Source of the DNA: Felis catus
Taxonomy: Eukaryota
DNA: 64,000 bases
Direction: 5' to 3'
NCBI RefSeq assembly: GCF_018350175.1
Contig: NC_058373.1
Coordinates: 114,330,001 to 114,394,000 of the forward strand
Part shown: positions 47,371 to 60,084 of the stretch, in pieces
Layout of the letters: each line of letters begins with the position of its first letter
Numbering within the stretch: the first letter of the stretch is position 1
The notes under the pieces: model-generated
Databases searched by the model: none
Seen by the model: the letters and a program-made list of their open reading frames with translations, nothing else
Told to the model about the DNA's origin: nothing
Program-made: the position numbers and the translations under genes

Positions 47371-50080
47371 ACCCATTAAACTTAACGTTATCAGCTCTGA
47401 GACTTCTTGGACCAAGAAGGAAGCACGAGCCAATGAAGGTACCTAGTATGTGCTAGCACCAGAGAGTCAAGAAGCACTTAATAACCACTGAAGGGAAGGG
47501 AAAGAAGGAAGAGATGAATAAGGGGCAAATGGATGATTTTCTCATGGGTCTTGGGGGTAACGTACACATGGAAGAGTTGAGTTGGCCATTAGCAACTGGA
47601 TCCTTCTAACTGCTGCCCTGTGAGGGCAAGATGGGGAAGGTGGGTGGGTGCAGACAGCTCCAAGGGCCCTACCTACGTGAGCTGTTTCCACGATGTTGAC
47701 CGCTCAGGACAACATCACCAGTCTGGTATCATCTCAAACCACCCAGAGCTGGGCCGAGGGACCAGAAAGATACCTACCATAGATGAGGCTAAGGCCGAGA
47801 GGAACACCCACAGGAGGCTGCCCCAAACCCACAGTCATTTGGGGAGCATTGATGCTGGAAGGCAACCGGCTAAGGCTGGAGAGGACTCTGCCCCGGGAGT
47901 TAGCATCTAAATGTATCTCAGAAATGACCGCGGTTCTCATTTCTCTGCAGAGGAAAGACTCTGGGAGTTTCTTTTCTTCCCTCCAGGTCCCCCTTCTTCC
48001 TTTTCTCTGCCCACCAAGACCCAGGCCTGACTACTCTGCAGCCCCATCTCTTGTTACTGCTTCCTTCCCCCTCTAGGCCTCAGGGAATACCACTACTTTC
48101 TTTTTCCCCTGAATCCCCTACTCTTTTTCTCTTCCTCAATGTTTCCATCTGCAGTGGCAGTCCCTCTGCCCGGGATGCTCCTTCTCTAGACCTCCCTCAG
48201 TTGTCTAGACAAGCCTGCTCACCCTTCAGAAAGTCTTTCCCAACCCTCAGGAAGGTTAGGTGTTTGCTATGTGCTTCCATAGCACATCCTGCCTTGGCCC
48301 ATGATTCATAGAATCACTTAACTGCTTTGAATCTCCATGAGGGCATGGACTGGGTCTACTTTATTCATTACTCTGTGCCTATTCCCCAGCACATAGCAAC
48401 TGCTCTTCGATGGCTTTTAGCTCCATAATAGTACAGTTCAGACTCAACTTCTTTCAGGGAGGTTGAGGAATGCAGTGCAGAAAAAGCAAGGCAGGTAATT
48501 GGATTAGCTCAAGCACATTACTGTAAGGCTTGTTGGGGTTGGAGATCTTTTCCCAGGTCCCCAGAGACCCAGGAGGCCAGGTGAGATGTAGAGTCCCATG
48601 CCCACTGCTTTTGGGGTGAAAGGCCCCACTCCAAATGTAGAAAGCCTTGTATTTCAGCTGAAGCCAAGGACTAGCTGGCTTCTTGCAGGAAGTCTGGACA
48701 GGCGGAGGGGGGGAGGACGGGGGAGGGGGGTGGGAGGTAAGGGGGAGATCTGTAAGGCATCCGTCCTTGGCCAGCTGAAAGCAAGTCTCGGGCCAGGAAC
48801 CCCACACTGCCACCTACCCACATAGCTCCTTCACCCCACCCCCAGGGACCAGCAAGAACTCAAGCTTAGGTAAACAAGGCCACAGGAAAGCAAGCATCCT
48901 TATCTGTTATCAGTTTTCTTTCTCCAGCTCAGCCACTTGGCTGGAACAGCAGCCAGGAGGTGGGAGTTGGCCAGACTCCTCCCCTTCTCTTCCTTATCTT
49001 TTCTCCCTGGCTAGCTTCTCCTCCCCCAGGACTTGAGCTCCCTGGGGTCAGTGCTCCCACCAGCTGGAGAAGGGAGGCGGTCCTATCATAACAACCCAAG
49101 TCAAGGCCGAGTCTCTGATTGTCTGCACTGGGGAGGCTCCCTCCTCCCTCCTTCCTTCCCCCCAGGTCCCCTCAGGATGGGGTCACAGATGTGTTTATCT
49201 TGTTGGAGGAGACGGGAAGGGGTGGTGGGAAGCAGGCTGGAAGTTAGTTGAAGGATAGGATATGGAGGGCCCATGGTGCCCTGCCTTCGACACCTAGGAC
49301 AAGAGGGTTGCATTTTGGTCCTCGTGATGTTCAAATAAAAATCCAGTTGGGACCAGATGGAGGAGAGATCATTAGATATAAGTTCTCTTTCTGCTCTAAA
49401 AGTCTGTGACAACCAGCTAGAAGCCTGCGGGGAAAGGTTGTTGGCTGGGGTGAGTCTGACTGTCTCCCTGTCTCGTCTTTGGACTTCTAATTACATAAGC
49501 CTGGTACTGACCCAGAAAGAAAGGGGGGCTGCTAATACTCTCTAGACTGTCACATTACACCAGAGGCATGCCAGCCTGAAAAAAAATCCGTGAATCTGAG
49601 GCATCAGGTTCCATGAAATGAAAATATCCGAGCCACATCTCTAAGAAAATAGATTTCTATACTCCTCAGACCAACTGAATGGTAAGGAGAGACGCAGGCC
49701 CCTCCTCCTCACCCAGCCACATGCCCTTCTTTCCCCCACTGGTAGCCAAGGGGTCCTTGGAGCAAGTCAAACAGGGAGACTGGACGCATGCCCCAAAAGC
49801 GAGACAGATGAGGATATGGTTGGAGTGGAGCACCTGGGATTTACAACAGCACGGTGAAAGCCAAAACCTGGCCAGATCAGGGTGTTTGGGGATGAACATG
49901 CTCCCTGGACAAAAATAACCAAAATTCTAAACACTCCAACCAGACATCAGGAGGTTTCAAAACTACAATATGGTGGCACGTCATTTTATGGAGATGAGAG
50001 TGATAAATCTACGACCCTAAAATAATCCTAAAAAACCCCAAGGAAAGCAAGAGTTTGAGAAGCCAGCTTTGTGGCTGGAT

Positions 50081-50302
50081 TAGGGGTAGGCAAACTACCA
50101 CCCACCAGCCAAGTCTGGTCCCCTGCCTGTCTTTGTAAATGAAGTTTTCTTGAAACACAGCCACACTCAACCATTTACATACAGTCTGTGGCTGCTTTGC
50201 TCCACAACAGACTCAATAGTTGTGACAGAGACCACATGATATGGTCTGTAAAGCCTAAAATATTTAATGTCTGCCCTTTACAGAAAAAGCTTGCTGACTC
50301 TG
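50081..50302 (+). mobile_element. MER58A (hAT-Charlie)
   Basis: AGGGGTAGGCAAACTAC...TTTGTAAATGAAGTTTTCTTGAAACACAGCCACAC...AAAGCCTAAAATATTTA...TTTACAGAAAAAGCTTGCTGACTCTG. Confidence 0.9.
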
Positions 50303-50714
50303 GGGCTAGAAACACAGCATCCCAAAGCAGAAGGTGAAGCCCCAGCTCATCTGGTTCCATCAGAGAGCCACAAGTTCTCTGAGTATGTCCATCTCCACAC
50401 CCAAAGATATCAGAGCATGGGACACAGATCCTCCTTGGCTGAGGCAGGAAGGGTCATACTGCATCTCGAACCCATTTATAATTCATTCGGCAATAAAGAT
50501 ATGTTGAGGGACCTGTTCTTAGCCTTTGGGATATACCAGTGAATGAAATAGACTTGTGTCTCCCGGAGCCTATACTCCTGCTTCTAGCTTATAACTCCAT
50601 CCTAAGGCAATTGTCCACAACCGGATTCTGAGGTCTCTACGACTCACAAGTATTAGTGAGGTTGGACCCTCATATGGCCTATAACAGAACTCTTTGGGCC
50701 TTTTTCTTGCGGTA

Positions 50715-51085
50715 AACTTGATTATTGGTCATTAGAGGACAATTATCCTTTGATCTCCCAGGGGAGTTTAGGCTTGGCCATATGACTTGCATCGGCCAAT
50801 GAAATGTGAGCAGAAGTGACAGGTGTCACTTCCAGAAAGAAGTTTTAAGGATCTGTGAGTGATTCATCACATTAGTCTCTCTTCCCTCTGCTATGAAATG
50901 GTCAGAGTCCCAGATCAAAAAGTCCCAACGTCTGTCCATCAGCCCAGGAGTGAAAAACACTGAGCAGACCTACAGAAACACACCACAGACACGTGGTACA
51001 AATGAAAAACAACCTTTGTTATCACAAGCCACCAAGATTTTGTGGTCATTACCACAGCATGACCGCCGCAAATCCTGACTTCATT
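50715..51085 (+). mobile_element. Old MLT1 (H/I/J-like) LTR
   Basis: GGCCATATGACTTGC...GGCCAATGAAATGTGAGCAGAAGTGAC...TGTCACTTCCAG...AAGCCACCAAGATTTTG. Confidence 0.8.
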
Positions 51086-51372
51086 CTTGCACACTAGATG
51101 TGTCCCAGTAAAGTTGACTGCATGTTTTTCCCTGGTTCTCCACTGACTCTCATTGGGGAAATGATCATCTGATTCCAGTGGATGACACTGAATGATGACA
51201 TTACATTCTCTAGACTGCAGAGCCCTCCCCATAAGACTTTTCGTTTTGCTTGATTGTTACACGAACAACATCCAATGCTGCTTTTTGTGACTTCGGGAGG
51301 ACAATGTCTTGTGGATCTGGGTTGTACCGTGACAATTTTTTTAGTAGGTGGGGCCATCTAACTCACAGCTGT

Positions 51373-51596
51373 TTTTTTTTTAATTTAATGTTTATTTATT
51401 TGAGAGAGAGAGAGAGAGAGTGAGCATGCATGGGGGAGGGGCAGAGAGAGAGAGGGAGACCTTACAGAATCTGAAGCAGGCTCCAGGCTCTGAGCTGTCA
51501 GCACAGAGCCCAATGCAGGGTTCGAACTCGTGAACAGCTAGATCATGACCTGAGCTGAAGTTGGCTGCTTAACCAACTGAGCCACCCGGGCGCCCC
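51373..51596 (-). mobile_element. SINEC
   Basis: TSD core TAACTCACA 51359 / 51597. Confidence 0.95.
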
Positions 51597-53202
51597 TAAC
51601 TCACACTTTTGCGTCCTAGCCTGAAAATTCTAGGTGAGTCCACTGGACGTATAAAAAACACATTCATGTCCTGATCTGCCAGTCTTGTTGGTTCAGAATC
51701 ATATACATCAGATTTGTTTGTGCCTCGGATCTACACACCTGTGCCCAGGCGACTTTCCTCTTCCACACCCTATACTCTAAAGTTCACAGTATTTCATGTT
51801 GGCCCCTTTGCCCCATTTCTGCATGAGAAGCAATTCTCCCCTGTGGCCAACCATTCTTGTTCTTTGAAACATGCTCCTGTTTTCTGGTCAGAAACGTTTG
51901 TCTTCTGGGCTTCTGCATACCTTTCCTCTGACTCTGTCACTGCCCTGGCCAGCCCAGGACAGGCTGCAGGTGCCGGTTGCAGTTCCTGAAGCCAGAACCC
52001 CCAAGTTGGAAAAATTAGTGTGCTTGTGGGCAAATATCAGAGTCTTTACCAAGGCCAGGATTGGGGCTGCCGCCTGTGCAGTTTGTCAGGAAGGAGCCTG
52101 AGACCTGAGTCGGTGTAGGAGATGGGTACTGACCTTTGGGGCTGGCAGGCCCACAGAGCCCCTGGCAGAGCAAGGTGGAAAGCCATGGGTGTGCCTCGTA
52201 GGTAGGACAGATGAGGAAAGAAATAGATTCGATGCCAGCAAAGTACCAGAAGATCTGGTCTCCTCCTAGCCCAGAGCTCCTCCCTTCAGGGAGACACGGA
52301 AAGAGGGGTCCCCCCCCTTCCTAGCCTTCCTGGGAACCCAGGTAAGCCAGGTGTGAGGGCAGACGTCTGGGAAGGACAGGGGGCAGGACCAAGGGAGAGG
52401 AGGCGGGGCTGCTCAGAAGAACACCCCTCCAGATCCTTGCCCCTGTTCTCACCCTGCTCCAAATCCCAGTACAGGTGCTCAGTCCCAGAAACAGGAAGGA
52501 GAAATGGGAAGGTCAGGGTTAAGGCCCTCCTGGAAATATATGGGGTTGAGGCAGCTGAAACTCCTCCATTCTCCCCCTGTTCCTGACTAATAGATGCGAA
52601 AGCCCTTTCTAAACTGTGAAACGCCACAAAGTGTGAAGCCCTGCACGGCCATTATTTATTATTATTCTCTCTCCCTCGTACTCCAGGGGTCAGCCCATGT
52701 TCTGTCAGCCCCAGGGCTCAGCTTCTTCTTGAGGACACAGGGCCTGGCCATACCGCCAGGCTTGCAGGAAGCCCTGCATTCCGTGGCATTCTGAGTTCTT
52801 GTCTCCCTGTACCCTCCTGCCCTGGAGGTTCATCCTTTGGTTCTGCCCACCCAAGTCCCCATCTCCTGAAGCCACATCTCATCCATGCTTCTCCTGTGCC
52901 CCGTCCCATCCAGCTGGAGGTCAGTGGAGGCCCACCAGGTCTGAACCCCACACGGACATAAAGAGAGGAGCCGTGTGAGGGATCCCAGGGATGGTTCTCA
53001 ACAAAGCTCTGGAGTCAGTCAACTGTCTTCCTTGTCCCAGCGTCCCTTCTTTAGGCCCCAGCCCTTTCTCTCCAGGCTACTATCTTCTCTGGCTGTCCCC
53101 AGCACTGAGCCCCGCTGCCCTCCCACACTGTAGAACCCACTTTCCTCAGGCAGGACCCCAAACTCCAGCCCTTTATGGGATTCCTCAAAACCTGCCAGTC
53201 CT

Positions 53203-53374
53203 GGGGCGCCTGGGTGGCTCAGTTGGTTAAACGTCCGACTTTGGCTCAGGTCATGATCTCATGAGGTTCATGAGTTCGAGCCCCAAGTCAGGTTCTGCTC
53301 TGATAGTTCAGAGCCTAGAGCCTGCTTCGGATTCTGTGTCTCTGTCGCTCTCTGCCCCTCCCCCACTCGTGTTC

Positions 53375-53411
<37 letters not shown>

Positions 53412-53443
53412 AAAATAAATAAACATTAAAACAAAACAAAAAA
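53203..53443 (+). mobile_element. SINEC
   Basis: TSD core ACCTGCCAGTC on both sides. Confidence 0.95.
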
Positions 53444-54639
53444 TCACCTGCCAGTCATGTGATCCATCCTCTCAAGCTCGGCTCCCCTGCTCGGGGCAGA
53501 CACCTAACTACCACAGGGCCTCCGTAGATGCTTCGTAAGTATCCAGCATCATGCTAAGTGATGTGTGGCTCCCAAATGAAACGCAATTCTCACCTTCAAG
53601 GGAGTTCGAGAAATGAGCACCTACCTGGAGAAAGAGAGTCATTCAAGGCCTCTGAGGCCACGAGTGGAGCCCTATGTTCTATTCGTGAAGGTCTGTGCAG
53701 TTCTATGGAGCTCAGACGTGGGGCCCAGTCCTTCATGGAAGGTGAATTTCATCTGGGCAGAGAGGACAGGTAGGCCTTGCTGCCCTAACACATTCCAGAG
53801 AGATGAAACTCTACTCTGTTTGGGAAAGACTTCTAGGGCTGAAGTTTTCACGGCAGCCCAACAACCAGACAGGGCTCTTTGGGCTCTACGAGATAGGGCT
53901 GTCTGCTGCCACCTAAGTTCCCTGCTCGGCTCCAGGAGATGGACAACAGCTGGTCACCAGCCTCAGGGCCATCACCCTTGGTGGACAAGAAGACAGGCGG
54001 TGGAGGAGCGTTGGCTGCTGAGCTGAGGAAACCAGCCCAGATGGGCCTTTCGGGAAAGGGCTGAGTGAACGGCCATCTGATATCTGCCTCTGGTTTCTGT
54101 GACTGACAGACAATTAACCACTGCACCAACAAGGGGGTGGGAGGTGTTTGGGGTTCTGCTGGAGACAAGAGAGTCCCAAGTGTTCTGGGTTAGTGAGGAT
54201 GGTTAGGAATGAAAACATGGCCAAGTCATGGGAGGAGGTGGCCCCCACGGTCCCAGAACCATTGAGTTGAAGCTTCCAAACTGAGGAGGCTGCAAAATGA
54301 GTGTGGTTCTTTCGTGGCCGGCAGGTATGGGCCAACCCAGCATGACTGATGGCCAGGCTGATTCAAGAGGGAGGGTGGCCCTGGGAGGCTGGTTGCTCAT
54401 CGCCCCAGGACCGGGCTTCCTGAGAGAAACACAGAAAGAGCCAAGCTCCTGGTCATGCAGAGACTTCACGCGACCGTCCCCTAAGCCATGACAATTCTGT
54501 AACATGGGTCAGACATGTAACCCTCACTACAGACGTGTGCAAACCTCAGGAGGCCCGTGATTTCCCTAGGGTCACACAGCAAGAAGTGGCCCAGAAGCTC
54601 CCACATGGATCTCTTCTCCATCACTACCACACGACCTCC

Positions 54640-54800
54640 CCTAATCCACACAAGCCCTCCATGAGGACACTTTTATGATCTGCGTTTCACACATGAGGAC
54701 ACTGAGGCTCAAAGAGGTCAAGGGCCTTCCCCAAGGTTATGCAAGGAGCAAGAGAGTAAGGTCAGGATTGAACCCCTGGCTTTCCAACTTCAGAGGAGCC
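54640..54800 (-). mobile_element. MIR
   Basis: ATGAGGACACTGAGGCTCAAAGAGGTCAAG...CCCAAGGTTA...CAGGATTGAACCC. Confidence 0.75.
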
Positions 54801-55107
54801 CACACTTGTAATCACCAGTCCTTGCTGCCTCCCTTCCCATCTCCCACATAAGGAGCAGAGAAACAGCTTATTTTTTCCAAAAAGAGGCCCCTTCTCTGAG
54901 GGTATTGTGATCTGTAATATGAAAATGAACTTGGGGGAAAGCACACCCCTGTATGAGCCATTAAACAATGCTCCTGCAGACCCAGAGACAGGATAGCACC
55001 TCGCCCCACATGATTGACATTCCATCTGCTCCTTCTACACCAACAGAAGATCCCTTTTTTAATGTCATGTAGGCATGGAACATCGAGTGAGATATCACCA
55101 CGCTGTC

Positions 55108-55314
55108 TTTTGTTTGTTTGCTTCTTTATTTTTGAGAAAGAGAGAGAGAATGTGAGCAGGTGAGGGGCAGAGAAAGAGGGGGACAGAGGATCCGAAGCAG
55201 GCTCTGTGCTGACAGCAGCATGCCCGACGAGGTAGGGGCTCAAACTCACGAACCGCAAGATCATGACCTGAGCTGAAGTCGGACATTTAACCAACTGAGC
55301 CACCAAGGCACCCC
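55108..55314 (-). mobile_element. SINEC
   Basis: GACAGAGGATCCGAAGCAGGCTCTGTGCTGACAGC...ACTGAGCCACCAAGGCACCCC. Confidence 0.93.
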
Positions 55315-55769
55315 ACCATACTTGTATTGCTTACTATGGGTTAATTGATACTGGGTTGGGAGAAAAGTAGCCTCTTGGTAAAGCATAAGGACACACGTAC
55401 CAAGAGGCTGTGTCCCCAAACACCAACACACTGTCACAACAGACAATGTGCTCTAAGAGAAACTCACTGCACACAAAGGGAAGGCAGGGGAGCTTCAGGA
55501 ACGTACTCGGACCTCCGAGAAAGCAAGGTGGCCACACCTCCTAGGGCCTTACAAGGGCCCAGCCTGGGGAATTTCTGGAGGGCCTCATTTTCTGATTTGC
55601 CACCCCCACACTACCTCTATACCCTTCCTGAAATTGTTTCTTCAACCCAGGAAGGCCCACCTGCCTCAACTGAGACCGAGTCGTACAAGAGGAAGCCAAA
55701 GAGGGTGAAATAGATCCAGGACAAAGGGCCGGCTCGTATCCAAATCCCCCCAGCTCCCATTTAAGAACT

Positions 55770-55998
55770 GGCACCCGGGGTGGTTCAGTTGGTCGAGCGT
55801 CTTAATTTCTTGATTTCAACTCAGGTCACGAGTTGTGGGATCACAGTTTGTGGGATCGAGCCCCGCATTGGGCTGTGTGCTGACAGTGCAGAGCCCGCTT
55901 GGGATTCTCTCTCTCCCTCTCTCTCTCCGCCCCTCCCCTGCTCGCGCGTGCTCCCCCTCTCTCAAAATAAATAAATCAACATAAAAAAAAAAAAAAAA
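55770..55998 (+). mobile_element. SINEC
   Basis: TSD AAGAACTGGC (55763 / 55997), overlapping the SINE head. Confidence 0.93.
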
Positions 55999-56753
55999 GA
56001 ACTGGCTTTGTTTCCTGAGTTTCTTCACTCCTCCTCCATGCACGTCCCCGGCACTCCTGGAGGATGTGAATGGAGACAGGCTACAAGTCAGGGTCCCAGG
56101 TTGGCTTCGAGCTCCTGTAGAGACAGGTCTTCAGCCCTGGGCCCAAGCAGCAGAGGCAGAGAGGGGGCACTGGGGGAAAAACTGCCAGGGCAGAAAAAAA
56201 GCAAACTCTGGCCAGGCCCATCCTCTGTCCTCCACCTTGCTAAGACAAGACGGAGAAGAACTCAGACCTTCCCAGAAGCTCCTCTCCTGCAAGTCTGAAC
56301 AAGAGGCTTTCCTGCTGCCCGTCCCTCTCCAGCGGTCAAGCGCCACGTTTCTTGCTCTATGATTTCATGCACCTCGGTCTCTAAGGCTTCTATTGCTTGT
56401 ACTGTCATGTCACTTCCTGTGCCTGTTAGTGTTGTGTTTGAGAAGGAAGGGCTGGACTGTATTCAGAGCTACATCCCAGGCACATAGCAAGTCTCAGTAC
56501 TAACTCAGTGAGTACTTGTACAGGGCAAGTTAGGACCAGCACCCGGTTCCCTGCTCTTTCCCTACGCCTCTACCATGGCACCACACCCACAGCGCCTTCT
56601 CTCTTGGTTTGTTTCTCTGCCTCTGCAGAGTCCCGGACTCTTGTCCACCCTTGCCCGGCACACACCTGCTATGAATATTCATTTGCTTAACATGTATTCC
56701 ATTCCTTCCACCATTTATGTCTTACACGCTTTGTGCACAATTCTTTGATTTTT

Positions 56754-56950
56754 TTCAAAATGTTTATTTATTTATTTTTGAGAAAGAGAGAGAGCTCGAG
56801 CAGGAGGGGCAGAGAGACAGAGGGAGACAGAGAATCCGAAGTAGACTCTGAGCAAACTGTCAGCGCAGAGCTCCATGTGGGGCTCAAACCCATGAACCAT
56901 GAGATCATGACCTGAGCTGCAGTCGGGTGCATAACCGACTGAACCACCCA
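56754..56950 (-). mobile_element. SINEC (slightly 5'-truncated)
   Basis: TSD TTCTTTGATTTTT (56741 / 56954). Confidence 0.93.
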
Positions 56951-56989
56951 CATTTCTTTGATTTTTAAGCCACAGCTCAGTAAGAGTCC

Positions 56990-57115
56990 AAAATTGGGTA
57001 TTCTCCTATTTTACAGAGGGAAAAACTGAAGTTCAGAGAAGTTAACCGAGGACACCCAGCTGGTAAGAGGCAGAGGCAAAATTCGAACCCAGGCTTCTCT
57101 GGCATTCCAAGCCAA
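56990..57115 (-). mobile_element. MIR
   Basis: ATTTTACAGAGGGAAAAACTGAAGTTCAGAGAAGTTAA...ATTCGAACCCAGG. Confidence 0.8.
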
Positions 57116-57704
57116 GCCCCTTCATTCAGGCCCACTGCCTCCTCAGTCTCAAGGCAATAACAGCCTTTCGTCATCAGACCCTTCCAGGCCTGTGGGCAAC
57201 AGAGATGCATCACCCCTGTGGGGAGCCTGTTTCTGCTGGCACCCAGGGAAGAGGTCTCAGGGAGCTCCAGCCTGGAGCTTTCCATCACCAGCGCTGGGAG
57301 CAGGGAAACGGGTGTTTTTCTTGCCTGCGGCCTGAAAGGCTGATTTCTACAATGTATCCGCCCTGGAGAATGACCGGAAGAAGTGGCATCCGGCTGGCTC
57401 AGGGAGGAGCTGACCTCTTCCCGCCCTACAGAGAAGGGATTTTCGTTGCAAACAGCAGCCACAGCTGCTCCTTGGTGCCCTCGGACAGGGAGTAGAGGGT
57501 CTGGGTGCAGGGTCTGGATTCTGCCCCCTGCCTGTTCAGGGCCTGGCCAGCTTCGGGGCCCACCATCTGAAAAGTTGGAGGGACTTTATTCTTTCTGACA
57601 CTTGACCTGGAAGGCTCTCAAGGAAAATGACACTGGGACGCAAGACATTTCCTAGACGGAGGGCTGTGGGAGCTGATCCATTAAACAGTAACTGAGCATC
57701 TCCT

Positions 57705-57915
57705 AGGTAGGAGACCAAGGCGGACCCCTGGCTTTGCCACATACTGGCTGTGTGACCTTGGGAAAGGTACTTCTTTGTGCTGAGGCTCTTTCCCCATCTG
57801 AAAGCGGGGGAAAAACAACCCTTATCTCAGTGAGTTGCTGGAACACCAGTAAGAAAATATAAGCAAGGGGCTTAGAACAATGCTTGGCACATAATGAGTG
57901 TTTTGCAAATGTTCA
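57705..57915 (+). mobile_element. MIR
   Basis: GCCACATACTGGCTGTGTGACCTTGGGAAAG...GCTTAGAACAATGCTTGGCACATA. Confidence 0.85.
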
Positions 57916-58214
57916 AAAGCTATGTGTTCAAAAGCATGTGACAGATACGGCAGACGCTGCCGCCAGGGTCAATTTGCTCATCTGTAAGTTGCTCCCAATT
58001 TGCAGATGAGAAACCTGACACGGAGCGCAGGAGTGAAGCCGGCACTTGAATCCGAGGGCCTGGTTCCAAGCATTTCCACTCTCCCAAGGGTTCCTCACTC
58101 CGTAGCTCTTCACAGAACAGTGAAGTCACACAGCTGCTAAGTGGCGGAGCCGGGACTCCCCTCTGCCCCCACCCCCACCCCCACCCCCACCCCCGACCCT
58201 GGGGAATCAGAACT

Positions 58215-58371
58215 GGGAAGTGATGAGTTGGGGGTATTTGTTACATTTGCTTCTGATAGAATTTATTTAATTATTTATGCGTGTCTAATTTACTAGTTAA
58301 TAATGGCTGTGTTTAACGGCTGACTCACAAAATTCCTGGAAATTTAGCAATCAGCCCTCCTGAACCAATAC
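58215..58371 (-). mobile_element. MER63-like (hAT-Blackjack) fragment
   Basis: GGAAGTGATGAGTT...TAATAATGGCTGTGTTTAAC...CTCACAAAATTCCTGGAAATTTAGCAATC. Confidence 0.7.
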
Positions 58372-58552
58372 TATACATGGCCAATTATGTCTCAGGGCTG
58401 TTGTAAAAGGAAAGGAGGTAATGTCAGTATCAACCATCAGCCTGCTGGAACCAGCTGTGGGATCTCGGGCAAGTTTCTTAACCATCGCATGCTTCAGATT
58501 TTCCCCATCTGTAAAATGCTGTTGTGAGAAAATGTATTTAAAGAATCAGCCA

Positions 58553-58765
58553 GGGGTGTGCCCGGGTGGCTCAGCTGGTTAAGCGTCCGACTTCAGCTCA
58601 GGTCATGATCTCACGGTTTGTGGGTTTGAGCCCCGCGTCAGGCTCTGAGCTGACAGCCTGAAGCCTGCTTTGGATTCTGTGTCTCCCTCTCTCTCTGCCC
58701 CCTCCTCCACTGGTACTCTCTCTCTCAAAAATAAATAAATGAACTTTAAAAAAAATAAATAAAAA
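58553..58765 (+). mobile_element. SINEC
   Basis: TSD core GAATCAGCCAGGG on both sides. Confidence 0.95.
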
Positions 58766-59516
58766 GGGAATCAGCCAGGGCGGGACCAAGCAAGGAGACA
58801 GTCGCGCAAAATTCAACAAGGCACTCTCTCCGGGTCATGCTAGTGCGAGGCTGGCACTGTATGCTTGCTTAACATTTATATACTAGGTGCCTTACTCACC
58901 TCACCCTAGTCCCAGCCCCACTCCTGACACATAGTAGGTACTTTAGTAGGTACTTGCTGCTCTGTTGCCACTGCAAAAGCTTCAGAGTGGGTGTAACCTA
59001 ACAGGCTGGACTAGAAAAGTTATCTAACAACACATGAGAAACACAAGAGCTCAGTACATTGTCCCGGAGCATATGGTAGATACCCAACAAGGCTTTCAGA
59101 TAATGAGGGTTATATTTCAGCAAATAACCCCCACGGCCTGCCGAGGAGACTGGGCTGTCACTAGAAGATCCAGGGCTATCTCTGGAAACAGTTGCTGCAA
59201 GCAAGAATGTCTTTGCATTAATTTGAAAGATAAAAACCACTAGTCTTCAAAGTATATGTTCTCCCACATAGGTAGATATATATTGTAGTATTATCCTCCC
59301 CCAAAAACGTTTCCAGTAAAGTCGGCACCAGTAGAAGATGGGCCTGTGGACCTGTGGTTTCCCAAGCTCTTTGACACCCCCTTGTATACCACCTACCCAA
59401 AGGTGGTGGTTCGGGGCAGGGAAGGTGCTGAGACACCGGCCAGACCCATCCCAGTGCAGGCTGGAGGCAGTGAGAAGAGAGCATTTGCTAAGCACGAGGG
59501 AAGGGGACCTGGGGTT

Positions 59517-60084
59517 TGCATTAGGGTCTCCAGAGAAACAGAATCAATAGGATACATGGAGATATATAGAAAGAGACTTATTATCAGGGATTGGCTCACA
59601 GGATTATGAAGGCTGAGAAGTCCTACCATCTGCCACCTACAAAGCATAAGGCCAGAAAAGCCAGTGCCATGGTTCTAGTCCAAATCCAAAGGCCTGAACC
59701 AGGGGAGCCGATGGGAGCCGATGGTGTGAGTCCCAGTCCTGGTCTGAGTCCAGAGGTCCCGAGAACGGGGAAGCCGAGGATATAAATCCCAGCCCTAGTC
59801 TGAAGGCCTGAGAGCAGAAGCACTAATGTCCAAGGGCCGGAGAAGATGGATATTCCAACTCAAAGAGCAAATTCTTCCCTCCGCCTTTTTGTTTTATTCA
59901 GGCCCTCTTCGCATACTATGATGTGCTGCTACCCTGGTGAGGGCACTCTTCTCTACCGGGTCTACCAGTTCAAATGCCGATCTTTTCTAGAAAACACCTT
60001 CAGACACACTCAGAGATCATGTTTTACCAGCTATCTGGGCATCTCTTAGCTCAGTCAAGTTCACATATAAAATTAACCATCACA
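59517..60084 (-). mobile_element. MLT2B-like ERVL solo LTR
   Basis: TGCATTAGGGTCTCCAGAGAAACAGAATCAATAGG...CCAGCTATCTGGGCATC...AAAATTAACCATCACA; flanks GGGTT / GGGGT. Confidence 0.9.

Noticed and set aside
59690..59820. Internal repeats GGGAGCCGATG and AGTCC
   Set aside because: Normal internal repetitive region of MLT2 LTRs
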